Origin: Spirochaetales bacterium
GTDB taxonomy: Bacteria > Spirochaetota > Spirochaetia > JABEVK01
Assembly: GCA_947478845.1 (NCBI GenBank)
Contig: CANJXC010000006.1
Location: forward strand, 491-64,490
Direction of reading: 5' to 3'
Length of the DNA stretch: 64,000 nucleotides
A model generated the notes under the pieces. It was not told the DNA's origin. It made no database searches and saw only the letters and a list, made by a program, of their open reading frames with translations. The first letter of the stretch is position 1, and each line of letters starts with the position of its first letter. Shown in pieces: positions 40,856-50,711 of this stretch. The position numbers and the translations under genes are program-made.

Positions 40856-41837
40856 ATGACAACCAACGTCCTCGAAGTGAAAAACCTCAAGCTGCATTAC
40901 TTTACCGAGCAAGGTGTGGTTCGGGCGCTCGACGGCATCAGTTTCGAAATCGCCAGGGGAGAAACCCTTGGCTTGGTTGGTGAGTCGGGTTGCGGCAAAA
41001 CGACCACCGGCGTGGCCCTGCTCAACATGCCCAGCCCTCCGGGGCGCATCGTGGAAGGTCAGATTCTCATCGACGGCATCGACATCGTCGGGATGAACAG
41101 CCGCCAGTTGCGTCGCGAGGTGCGCTGGAGCAAGATTGCCATGGTGTTCCAGGGAGCGATGAACTGCCTGACCCCCGTTTACACCATCCGGCAGTTGATG
41201 GACGAGACCTACCGAGAGCACACCGACAAATACACCAAAGAGGATGCCAACGCTTCGATGCTGAAATATGTCAACATGGTAGGTCTGCCGGATCATATCC
41301 TTGACCGCTACCCGCACGAGCTCTCGGGTGGAATGAAGCAGCGGGTTGTCATCGCTATGGCGCTTTTCTTGGAACCCAGCCTCATCATCATGGACGAACC
41401 GACCACGGCGCTCGACGTGATTGTGCAGGCGCAGATTCTCAACCTCATCAAGGGCCTCAAGAAAAACTTGGGCCTCAGCTACATCTTCATCACCCATGAC
41501 TTGGCGACCGAGGCCGAAGTGGCCGACCGGATTATGGTCATGTACGCGGGCAAGGCCGTCGAACTCGGTTCCAATGAACAGATTTTCGGCCTTCAGGGCC
41601 CGATGCATCCCTACACGGCCAAACTGCTGGCGGCCACTCCCCGCCTGCATCAGAAAGTCGACGAACTGGCTTTTATTCCCGGGTCTCCCCCCGACCTCAT
41701 CGACCCTCCCGTCGGGTGCCGTTTTGCACCGCGTTGCCCGTTCGCCAAAGCCAAGTGCCTCCAGGTGGAACCGACTATGACCGAGGTGGGCCCGCGCCAC
41801 CAGGTGGCCTGCTGGAAGGCCATCAAGGACAGTGATT

Positions 41838-41851
<14 letters not shown>
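40856..41851 (+). CDS. ABC ATP-binding protein (DppD/OppD-like)
   Basis: [42 protein letters not shown]. Confidence 0.92.
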
Positions 41852-42928
<1,077 letters not shown>

Positions 42929-42935
<7 letters not shown>

Positions 42936-42962
42936 ATATGCATGGGGTTGCATAAAGATTCC
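42929..42962 (+). promoter_or_regulatory. Tandem ARG-box-like operators upstream of argF
   Basis: CGCAT-AAAT-ATGCA (42929-42942) and TGCAT-AAAG-ATTCC (42949-42962), 20 bp apart, each one mismatch from TGmAT-N4-ATkCA. Confidence 0.6.
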
Positions 42963-42994
42963 TTTTTTGCTACGGTGAGCTCAAGGAGTTCTCC

Positions 42995-43942
42995 ATGACC
43001 CCATCGCCGCTCAAGGGCCGTTCGTGCCTGCTGATGGCCGACCTTTCCACCCCTGAGATCCGCTACCTGCTCGACTTAGCCAAAGAAGTGAAGCTACAGA
43101 AGCGTCAGGGACTTGTCACCCAGCGTTTTCAGGGAAAAACTCTGGCGATGATTTTCGAGAAACCCTCTACCCGCACCCGAGCCGCCTTCGAAACCGCGTT
43201 TGCCGAGGAAGGTGGACACCCCGTATTCCTCTCGAAAGACGACATCCAATTGGGCTACAAAGAAAGCGTGGAGGATACGGCGCGGGTGTTGGGGCGGATG
43301 TTTGACGCCATCATGTTCCGCGGCTTCCAGCAGACAACGGTTGAGCTTTTGGCTCGGTGGTCGGGTGTCCCGGTGTACAACGGTTTGACCGACATGGCCC
43401 ATCCCACACAGGTTCTTGCCGACCTCCTGACGCTTGAGGAAGCTTGGGGGGGAAGTCTCAAGGGCCGCAAACTCGTCTACTGCGGGGATGGACGCAACAA
43501 CATGAGCCATACGTTGATGGTTGGCGCGGCCCGAATGGGTATGAAGTTCGTTATTGCGGCACCGGAACCCTTATTCCCTTCTGAGGACGACGTGGAGTTC
43601 TGCCGGCAGATTGCCGCCGAGGAAGGAACCGAACTGATTATCACCTCCGACATGCAGGCGGCTATCGAGGGCGCGGATGCCATCTACACCGATGTCTGGG
43701 CTTCCATGGGGGAAGAAACGTTGCTCCACCTGCGCAAACAGATTCTCAAGCCCTACCAGGTGAACCAGCAGGTCATGGTGTCGAGTGGAAATCCCGCCTG
43801 TGTATTCCTGCATTGTCTGCCAGCCGTGAAGGGAGACGAAGTTACCGAAGAGGTCTTCGAAGGACCCCAAAGCCGGGTGTGGGACCAAGCCGAAAACCGA
43901 AAACACACAGCGAAAGCCCTGATGCTTGCAACCCTGCTGTAA
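42995..43942 (+). CDS. argF: Ornithine carbamoyltransferase
   Basis: FEKPSTRT, HPTQ, DVWASMG, FLHCLP, QAENR. Confidence 0.95.
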   Translation: MTPSPLKGRSCLLMADLSTPEIRYLLDLAKEVKLQKRQGLVTQRFQGKTLAMIFEKPSTRTRAAFETAFAEEGGHPVFLSKDDIQLGYKESVEDTARVLGRMFDAIMFRGFQQTTVELLARWSGVPVYNGLTDMAHPTQVLADLLTLEEAWGGSLKGRKLVYCGDGRNNMSHTLMVGAARMGMKFVIAAPEPLFPSEDDVEFCRQIAAEEGTELIITSDMQAAIEGADAIYTDVWASMGEETLLHLRKQILKPYQVNQQVMVSSGNPACVFLHCLPAVKGDEVTEEVFEGPQSRVWDQAENRKHTAKALMLATLL

Positions 43943-43951
43943 AAAACTCCC

Positions 43952-43980
43952 TTGCGATTCGCACCCGGTGTCGCTATACT
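43952..43980 (+). promoter_or_regulatory. Putative sigma70 promoter
   Basis: TTGCGA-17 nt-TATACT, 20 nt upstream of ATG 44001. Confidence 0.55.
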
Positions 43981-44000
43981 CATTCCAGAAAGGACATTCC

Positions 44001-44420
44001 ATGACAAAGCTGATTGCGCTTATCGCCCTGACAACCCTCTTTCTTTCAGGGCTTTCAGCGGCGGAATCGCCGATTTACGTGAAGACCACGACAGTTGCCA
44101 AAATCTACTCCCACGAAAATGGCTACAAAGTGATTTATCTGACCAATAAGTTCGAGTCGAGAACGCTTTACATCCCCATGGAGTGGATGTACCAGACTGC
44201 TGGCTACCGCACCGAGGAAGGTGGCATAAAAGCCGAGGTAGTTCGCGGCACCGGCGCAGCTTACCCATACATCCAGTTCGTCTGGAAGAATGGTGTGTTC
44301 CATCACCTGCGCCTGTTTGTGGTCGACAACTACAGTGACCCGTCTTGGGGTGCTGTTGTGGACTCAAAAGCGCTGGGAGCCATGTTTGACCCGAAGAAAG
44401 ATCTTGATCTGAAGTTCTGA
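44001..44420 (+). CDS. Conserved secreted hypothetical protein
   Basis: AAGGA SD, signal peptide MTKLIALIALTTLFLSGLSA, beta-rich sequence. Confidence 0.75.
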   Translation: MTKLIALIALTTLFLSGLSAAESPIYVKTTTVAKIYSHENGYKVIYLTNKFESRTLYIPMEWMYQTAGYRTEEGGIKAEVVRGTGAAYPYIQFVWKNGVFHHLRLFVVDNYSDPSWGAVVDSKALGAMFDPKKDLDLKF

Positions 44421-44428
44421 ATCCATCC

Positions 44429-45403
44429 ATGACGCAATCTCGGATCCCGGAGGATATGCTCCGGTTTCTTCGTGAGAGCGCGAGTTTTCTGATCTTGGGT
44501 CATCAGGAGCCCGACGCCGACTGCATAGGCTCTCAGTTGGCCTTAGCGTCCTTCCTCGCCCGTCAAGGCAAGACCGTTCGGCTCTACAACCATGGGCCGT
44601 TCAAGCGGCCGGAAATCAACCGTTACCAGCCGCTGTTCGAGACTCGCATCGATGCCTTTGCCAAAATAGACAATCCAGTCGTCGTCATTCTCGATTGTTC
44701 CACCCTCGACCGTATAGGCGATCTCAAACAGGATTTGACAGGGCTCAAGGTGGTAATGATCGACCACCACACCGCCGGCCTCGAGTTTGGCGATTACCGC
44801 TGGATTGAACCTCGGCGACCTTCTACAACCTGGATGATTCAAAAACTCATCGGCGCCTGGGGGCAAGTACCCACAGCCGAGGAGGCTCACTGGCTCCTGC
44901 TGGGCCTCTGCACCGATACCGGCTTTTTCCGACATCTGGAAGCCGGAAGTCAGGAGAGCTTCGAGGTGGCCGCCGACTTGGCTCAAGCCGGGGCCTCGCC
45001 TAAGCAGGTGTTCGGCCAGTTGCAAGGCGGAAAGCTCCTGGTAAACCAGAAGCTCATGGGGCTCGTACTCAGCCGTACCGAAAGTCACTTTGGCGGACAA
45101 TTTCTGTATTCTTGGGAAGAACTTGCCGACCGCGAGAGGCTGGGAGCAGACAGCCGCGAGTCCGACATGATTTATCAGACCCTCCAAGGCGTCATTGGTT
45201 GTGAGTTGATCATCTTGCTCCGCCAAGACACTCCTGGCAAAGTAACTGCCGGACTACGTTCCAAGTCTTTTGTTGATGTGGGAGCCCTTTCGCAGGTATT
45301 CGGAGGTGGCGGGCACCAGCGGGCCTCGGGATTTTCGTGCTCCGGGACTGTGGAAGAAGTAAAACAGCGTCTCCTGCTTGCCCTCGAGCCTCTCTTAGGT
45401 TGA
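44429..45403 (+). CDS. nrnA: DHH/DHHA1 phosphoesterase (NanoRNase/pAp phosphatase-like)
   Basis: GHQEPDADCIGS, ILDCS, IDHH, TDTGFF, GGGGHQRASG. Confidence 0.85.
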   Translation: MTQSRIPEDMLRFLRESASFLILGHQEPDADCIGSQLALASFLARQGKTVRLYNHGPFKRPEINRYQPLFETRIDAFAKIDNPVVVILDCSTLDRIGDLKQDLTGLKVVMIDHHTAGLEFGDYRWIEPRRPSTTWMIQKLIGAWGQVPTAEEAHWLLLGLCTDTGFFRHLEAGSQESFEVAADLAQAGASPKQVFGQLQGGKLLVNQKLMGLVLSRTESHFGGQFLYSWEELADRERLGADSRESDMIYQTLQGVIGCELIILLRQDTPGKVTAGLRSKSFVDVGALSQVFGGGGHQRASGFSCSGTVEEVKQRLLLALEPLLG

Positions 45404-45565
45404 CGCCCGCTATGGGCGTGAAGGCTCCTCCCCACTTCAGTCTCAATCTTTTTCTTATGTGAACGAATGTCAACGCTTCAAACAACCTTGTGAGCTCCGG
45501 TGTCATTGTCTTTGGCCCCCTACTTTGGCACGCCTTGTGCTTCGGGCGTTCACAGGAGGAAGTCT

Positions 45566-46474
45566 GTGAGTGATTCGTTAACGGAAAAAGTTTTGGCCTG
45601 TCGGGCCGGGCAGCTCGAGCAAAAACCGGTACAAGATCAAATCCTATTGCTGGTGTATGGGCATCTTCGAGCTGGTCACCGGGATGAGGATGACGTGTCT
45701 GGTTTCCTGCTGGAGTTCTTCCCGCGCATTAAAGGATTGATGGAGCGTTTTCGCGATAAAGGAGTGCCCTTCCGCCATTACTTATTGCGCACGGTGCGCT
45801 GGCACTGGACGTCCTACCTCATAGCCAAGAACCATGCCGAGGCCAACGCGCATCTCCTTCAGGAGCCAAACCACCTGAGTTATGACGACAGTTTTGTCGA
45901 CTCGATGGACGTGGCCGAATCCCCGGAGTTTGAGCCTCAGCCCCAGGTCCACCAAAAACGGTTGGTGTTGCTTGCGCTCAAGTCAGCGGCGTATTTGGAG
46001 GATCTCCAAGTGGAGGAGGTGTGTCGCAGGACAGGCACCGATCTAGCCTGGCTGCAGTCGCAGGTGGACCAGATCAAGTCTTCCGTGGAGTCTCAAGCTG
46101 GAAAAGTGAAAAACCTCACCCAGAGGCAAGGTGAGGTTTACTGGCAGAGGCTGGTCGCCGAAGACCGCGTGCGGCGCGAGCCCGACCCAGAGCGCAGAAA
46201 GGCTTGGGAAAGGCGGGCCAGTTTGTACCGCCAGCGCCTCACAGGACTTCGAGAGCGGAAAAGAAGCGTAAGCCTCACCCCGACCCACTTGGATTTAGGC
46301 AAGATGCTCGGCTTGCCCAAGGGTACGGTAGACTCGGGGATCTTCCATTTGAAAAAAGAGCTGGCGTCCCTGTATACTGATCCTCGTGACCCTCCTTCTG
46401 GCAACCAACAACCTGCACAAAAAACGCGAACTGGAAGCCATCCACCCCGGTCTGGTTCTTCTGCTCCCCGCTGA
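45566..46474 (+). CDS. Hypothetical protein with sigma-70-like region 2 and region 4 (HTH) features
   Basis: GTG 45566 with an AGGAGG SD. C-terminal THLDLGKMLGLPKGTVDSGIFHLK resembles sigma region 4.2. F..YLLRTVRWH resembles region 2.3/2.4. Confidence 0.6.
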   Translation: MSDSLTEKVLACRAGQLEQKPVQDQILLLVYGHLRAGHRDEDDVSGFLLEFFPRIKGLMERFRDKGVPFRHYLLRTVRWHWTSYLIAKNHAEANAHLLQEPNHLSYDDSFVDSMDVAESPEFEPQPQVHQKRLVLLALKSAAYLEDLQVEEVCRRTGTDLAWLQSQVDQIKSSVESQAGKVKNLTQRQGEVYWQRLVAEDRVRREPDPERRKAWERRASLYRQRLTGLRERKRSVSLTPTHLDLGKMLGLPKGTVDSGIFHLKKELASLYTDPRDPPSGNQQPAQKTRTGSHPPRSGSSAPR

Positions 46475-46994
46475 CGCCGGCTTTGCTGGCTGGGACCACG
46501 ACGAAACGGCCGATACGTTTCAGGGAAACGCGCTTGGTAAGGCCCGCTCGTTGTGGGAACTTGCCAAAGGCCAGTGGGCTGTGCTTGCCGATGATTCAGG
46601 GATCTGCGTCGATGCCCTCGGTGGGGCACCGGGAGTCATTTCGGCCCGTTGGGGCTCGGCCGAGGCGGGCCGGGCCCTCAGCGACGCCGAAAAGAACACG
46701 CTCCTGCTCGCTCGAATGCAGGGTGTTTCCGCCCGAAACGCCCGCTTTGTGTGCGCATTGGCCCTTGTCCTTTCCCCACACCGAGAAGTGGTGGTGGAAG
46801 AAACCTGGGAGGGAGAAGTGGCCCTCACCCAAAGCGGGTCAGCGGGTTTTGGTTATGATCCAGTCTTTTGGCTTCCCGAGAGAAACTGCACCTCGGCTGA
46901 CTTGTCCGTAGACGACAAAAATCGACTATCTCACCGTTACCGAGCCAGCCGGCGCCTCGCCGCTGTTCTGGCAGACCTAAAGGAGTACCCATGA
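46386..46994 (+). CDS. rdgB: dITP/XTP pyrophosphatase (HAM1 family)
   Basis: ATNNLHK, ETADTFQGNALGKA, ADDSG, GAPGVISARW, GFGYDPVF, SHR. Confidence 0.93.
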   Translation: MTLLLATNNLHKKRELEAIHPGLVLLLPADAGFAGWDHDETADTFQGNALGKARSLWELAKGQWAVLADDSGICVDALGGAPGVISARWGSAEAGRALSDAEKNTLLLARMQGVSARNARFVCALALVLSPHREVVVEETWEGEVALTQSGSAGFGYDPVFWLPERNCTSADLSVDDKNRLSHRYRASRRLAAVLADLKEYP

Positions 46995-48811
46995 GCACTA
47001 TCCCCGAGCGCAAAGACGTCGCAAAAACCGACCAGTGGAATCTCGAGCTCATCTACTCCACCGACAAGGCCTGGGAGGCGGATTTTGAGGTGTTTAAGAG
47101 CTTCCTCGCCCGGGTGGAGCCTTTAGGGGGCACCCTGGGCACTTCGAAGCACGCCTTTCGCAAGGTTCTCGACCTCAACCTCGATATTGAGCGCCTGGGA
47201 GAAAAGCTGGGCAACTACGCGCACCTCAAGACGACCGAAGATGTGGCCGACAGTGCCTCGAGCGAACGCCTAGGGCGCTTTGAAAGCGTAGCGACGCAGC
47301 TGGGGGCGGCTTTTGCCTTCCTGACCCCGGAGATTCAGGAAATCGACGACGCCACCTGGAACAGCTGGCTTGCCGACCCGCTTTTTGACGACGATCGCAT
47401 CGCTTTGCACAAGATCCGGCGCTACAAGCCCCATGTGTTGGGAACCGAGGCCGAAAAGGTGTTGGCGCTGGGCTCAGAGGCGAGGGGAGGGGTTCAGAGG
47501 GCGTTCTCGAGCCTCACGAATGCCGACCTGCAGTTTGGTTCCATCGTGGTGGAGGGCGAGCCCCGGCCCCTCACGCAGTCTTCGTATTCGGTTTTCCTGC
47601 AAAGTCCCGACGCAAAACTGCGCCGGCAAGCTTTTGACCAGTTCTACGCTGAGTTTGCCGCGCACGAGAACACCTTGGCCTCGCTGTACGCAGGGAGCCT
47701 GCAGCAAGACGTGTGGATCGCTCGGTCGCGGTCTTTTGCCAGCTCGCGGGCGAGGGCGCTGTTTGCCGACGATGTGCCGCCTGCGGTTTACGACAACCTC
47801 ATCGCCTCCGTGCACAAGGGCTTTCCGGTGCTGCACCGGTATTACGAGCTAAGGCGCAGGCTGCTAGGGCTGAAGACCCTGCATCATAGCGATGTTTATG
47901 CGCCCATGGTGGCGGTCGCCGAGATGCACCATAGTTGGGACCAAGCCGTCGACGTGGTGCTCGATGCCGTCGCGCCGCTAGGGGAGGCGTACCAGAAGAC
48001 CCTGGGGGAGGGGCTGCGGGGAGGATGGGCCGACCGCTACGAAAACAAGGGCAAACGCTCGGGTGCCTTTTCTGCAGGAGGTTTCGATACTCAGCCCTAC
48101 ATTTTGATGAACTTCAAACAAGACAGCCTCCGAGATGTCTTCACCCTGGCCCACGAAGCCGGACACTCCATGCACAGCTGGTTTTCGGTACGCAACAACC
48201 CTTTCCAGCACTACAGCTATACCATTTTTGAAGCCGAAGTAGCCTCCACCTTCAACGAGCAATTGCTGGCCAAAACCCTCCTAGAACGGAGTTCCGACAA
48301 AACCGCTCGGGCGGCCATTCTTGGCAAACAAATCGAAGACACCGTAGGAACCTTGTTCCGGCAAACCATGTTTGCCGAGTTTGAGCACTTGGTGCACGAA
48401 AAGGCCGAAGCCGGCGAAGGGTTGACCCTAGACCTGTTCAAGACCCTGTACCGCGGGTTGCTGGAGCAATACTTTGGCCCCGCAGTTCAGCTTGAGGCGT
48501 GTTCTGGGCTCGAATGCTTACGTATCCCGCACTTTTACAGCCCCTTCTACGTGTACAAGTACGCTACCGGCCTATCGGCTTCCATGGCCCTGAGCGACCA
48601 AGTGTTGAAGGGGGGCGAGGCAGAACGCAAACAGTACTTGGAGTTCCTTGGGTCCGGAGGATCCCGTTTCCCCCTCGAATCTCTCAAGCTCGCCGGAGTC
48701 GACATGAGCAGCCCCGAGCCCATTCAGAAGGCCATCGGTGTGTTCAGCCGCCTTTTGGACGAGTTGGAAGCCCTTACAGCGGGAACCTCGGGGAAGGCTT
48801 CGCATTCTTGA
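46991..48811 (+). CDS. pepF: Oligoendopeptidase F (M3B)
   Basis: WNLELIY, KGKRSGAFS, PYILMN, HEAGH zinc motif, AEVASTFNE, HFYSPFYVYKYA. Confidence 0.94.
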   Translation: MSTIPERKDVAKTDQWNLELIYSTDKAWEADFEVFKSFLARVEPLGGTLGTSKHAFRKVLDLNLDIERLGEKLGNYAHLKTTEDVADSASSERLGRFESVATQLGAAFAFLTPEIQEIDDATWNSWLADPLFDDDRIALHKIRRYKPHVLGTEAEKVLALGSEARGGVQRAFSSLTNADLQFGSIVVEGEPRPLTQSSYSVFLQSPDAKLRRQAFDQFYAEFAAHENTLASLYAGSLQQDVWIARSRSFASSRARALFADDVPPAVYDNLIASVHKGFPVLHRYYELRRRLLGLKTLHHSDVYAPMVAVAEMHHSWDQAVDVVLDAVAPLGEAYQKTLGEGLRGGWADRYENKGKRSGAFSAGGFDTQPYILMNFKQDSLRDVFTLAHEAGHSMHSWFSVRNNPFQHYSYTIFEAEVASTFNEQLLAKTLLERSSDKTARAAILGKQIEDTVGTLFRQTMFAEFEHLVHEKAEAGEGLTLDLFKTLYRGLLEQYFGPAVQLEACSGLECLRIPHFYSPFYVYKYATGLSASMALSDQVLKGGEAERKQYLEFLGSGGSRFPLESLKLAGVDMSSPEPIQKAIGVFSRLLDELEALTAGTSGKASHS

Positions 48812-48837
48812 CACCTACGCCTCCTGTGGGGTATAAA
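48808..48837 (+). promoter_or_regulatory. Putative sigma70 promoter of tRNA-Leu
   Basis: TTGACA-18 nt-TATAAA, 17 nt upstream of the tRNA. Confidence 0.6.
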
Positions 48838-48854
48838 AAGTCCGCTATCGATCC

Positions 48855-48937
48855 GCGGCGGTGGTGAAATGGTAGACACGCCAGCTTGAGGTGCTGGTGG
48901 GCGCAAGCTCGTGAAGGTTCAAGTCCTTTTCGCCGCA
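48855..48937 (+). tRNA. tRNA-Leu(GAG), CCA not encoded
   Basis: Acceptor stem GCGGCGG/TCGCCGC, D arm GTGAAATGGTAGACAC, anticodon arm CCAGC-TTGAGGT-GCTGG, long variable arm, T arm GAAGG-TTCAAGT-CCTTT, discriminator A. Confidence 0.95.
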
Positions 48938-48952
48938 CAAGTAAGTGGCTTC

Positions 48953-48976
48953 AAAAGCTCCCGGAAGGGAGCTTTT
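48953..48976 (+). terminator. Bidirectional rho-independent terminator after tRNA-Leu
   Basis: AAAAGCTCCC-GGAA-GGGAGCTTTT, a perfect hairpin with a T-run on both strands. Confidence 0.85.
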
Positions 48977-48992
48977 GTGTTTTCTGCCCCAG

Positions 48993-49148
48993 TGCGGCGA
49001 AAAGGACTTGAAAGGAGCCCCGCGCCGAGCGTGAGGCACCAAAGGTGCCGTCGAGGAGCAGCGCGCACGAGGCGCGCGACAGCGACGACGGCTGGCCGGC
49101 TGGGTTGGCAGGATGGCAACCCACGAAGGCCAAGTCCTTTTCGCCGCA
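48993..49148. repeat. 156-bp element bounded by inverted copies of the tRNA-Leu 3' end, with internal hairpins
   Basis: 48993-49012 is the exact reverse complement of tRNA 48918-48937. 49131-49148 is a direct 18-bp copy of 48920-48937. Confidence 0.85.
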
Positions 49149-49153
49149 AACGT

Positions 49154-49188
49154 AAAGCCCTTTAGGTCAATGACTTATGGGGCTTTTT
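49154..49188 (+). terminator. Imperfect hairpin plus T-tract after the third tRNA-end copy
   Basis: AAAGCCC-TT-TAGGTCA-A-TGACTTA-TG-GGGCTTT-TT. Confidence 0.55.
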
Positions 49189-49467
49189 CTTTGGCTAGAC
49201 ACGGTTAATGACACTGATACGTTCCGGGCGCAGACTAAACTCATGCCCAAACTGCGCCAACTCTATTCGTTGTATGGCCGCTCAGTTCCCCTTGTCGGCG
49301 GCAAGTCGGTCACAATGTACTACTACCGTACCTTCCCTTTGAGAACCACCGGAGTTGCGTCGCCAAACGAGTGGTAGAAGAGCACGGTGGCGGCTAGGGC
49401 GGGGACAATCGGGGTTTGGAGAAAGGGCACAGAAACCTCCAGAAACACGAGCGAAGCATGAATCCTG

Positions 49468-49846
49468 CTAGTCTATGAGGAGCCGTAGTGTTCCCGTATC
49501 GCCGGCTCCCTGAAAATGCTGACTAAGCACCTGTCGGAACACGCTCTCCGGGCCGGCTGCCAGCGCGAACAGCGTCATGCTGGAATGGAACTTCAGGTTG
49601 TCCGGCACGGGAAAGACCTGATCTACCGTCAATAGGCTCGACTGGAACGCGATCGTGGACTCTTTGAGTCTGGCGCCCAAGACGGGGTGGGCCAGGTAGA
49701 CCTTTGCCGCTTCCAGGTTGTGCAATGCGTAGAATTGAGCTGTTTCCGAGTGCCCCAATCCCGCAAGTTGCGGGAACACGAACCACATCCAGTGCCGCCG
49801 TGTAGGTGGAGCGTTGAGCGTCGACAAACCGCTGCAAGTCACTCAT
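49468..49846 (-). pseudogene. DUF1810 family pseudogene (internal deletion plus frameshift)
   Basis: One frame reads MSDLQRFVDAQRSTYTAAL. A different frame continues HWMWFVFPQLAGLGHSETAQFYAL...HPVLGARL...DNLKFHSSMTLF. The usual linker before HWMW is missing. Confidence 0.8.
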
Positions 49847-50561
49847 CCGAACACCCTTAGGAAGGGGACGAAGTTGCCTTCCGGGTTGTGCTCGCGAAAC
49901 GCGTTGTGGTCTTCGAGAATCGCGAAGACTACCAAGGCAAACGCCCCGGCGAACTCCGGTTCCTCGAACACTTCTTGGAACAGTCGAGCGGTGTGCCCGG
50001 GTGGATTGCGGAAGGCCCCACAGCCGAAGGCGCTCAGCACCAGCGCGTCGTTCCCCTGATGTGCCGCGATTCGCAGAATTGCCCGCATGCGTTCCTTCGC
50101 GGCAGGCACGAGCGAAGGATCAAGCTCCCACGTTCCATCGCGTTGCTGTAACTCGGGTCGGTTGAGGGCCGGTACACTGACAACATCGAGGTGCAACGTC
50201 GATGGCAGGAGCTGGTACCCACTCGCCTCGCTGCTGCGGAAGAAGGCCGCCTGCGGACTGAAGGCACCTCCATGATCTCGGTCGAGGGGGTAACCGGTGG
50301 ATTGGTGCGGGTACAGCGAGACGAAGAGGTTGGAGCGACGGAAGAGGTTTTCTTCCTGGGCCCCAGCGCCGCTCTTCACTCCGCCTCCGGGAGTTTGGCG
50401 GTTGGCCATGTTGAGCAGGGCAGGTCGGCGTTTACCCGTGCTGTAGTGTCAGCATAGACGTCGCGACGAAGTTGGTGCAGTTGTTCGTGGTTCTTGGTTG
50501 ATGCGGCGATACGGAAATCAGCCAGCCATTGTTGGGCATTCCAGCGGTTGTTTGGGTCCAT
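49843..50561 (-). pseudogene. TIGR02452/DUF2263 (bacterial PARG-like macrodomain) gene, frameshifted by an internal deletion
   Basis: The N-terminus (MDPNNRW...LRRDVYADTT, from 50561) is out of frame with RPALLNMANRQTPGGGVKSGAGAQEENLFRRSNL...LVLSAFGCGAFRNPP. The GGG-x7-QEE signature is intact. Confidence 0.8.
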
Positions 50562-50711
50562 GTCTCATTGTAGCTCGGAATGATGCACTGGTGATGCACT
50601 TCGAAGCGGGGCACAGACGGCCCGAGGTGCTGAGAAGTTCTTCAATCATTGCGGGGTGCCAGCAAGGGACTCGCATTCAGATTTGATACTGCCGACCAGA
50701 CGCGGGAGGCC

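Noticed and set aside
48993-49148. Possibility that the element is a second tRNA, a tmRNA piece or a CRISPR array
   Set aside because: There is no D arm, anticodon arm or complete T arm on either strand and no tag ORF. The repeats are in mixed orientation with no regular spacers.
49177-49467. 66-aa ORF (49177-49377) and possible integrase remnant at the island edge
   Set aside because: No RBS, and no tyrosine- or serine-recombinase motif in the frames I read.
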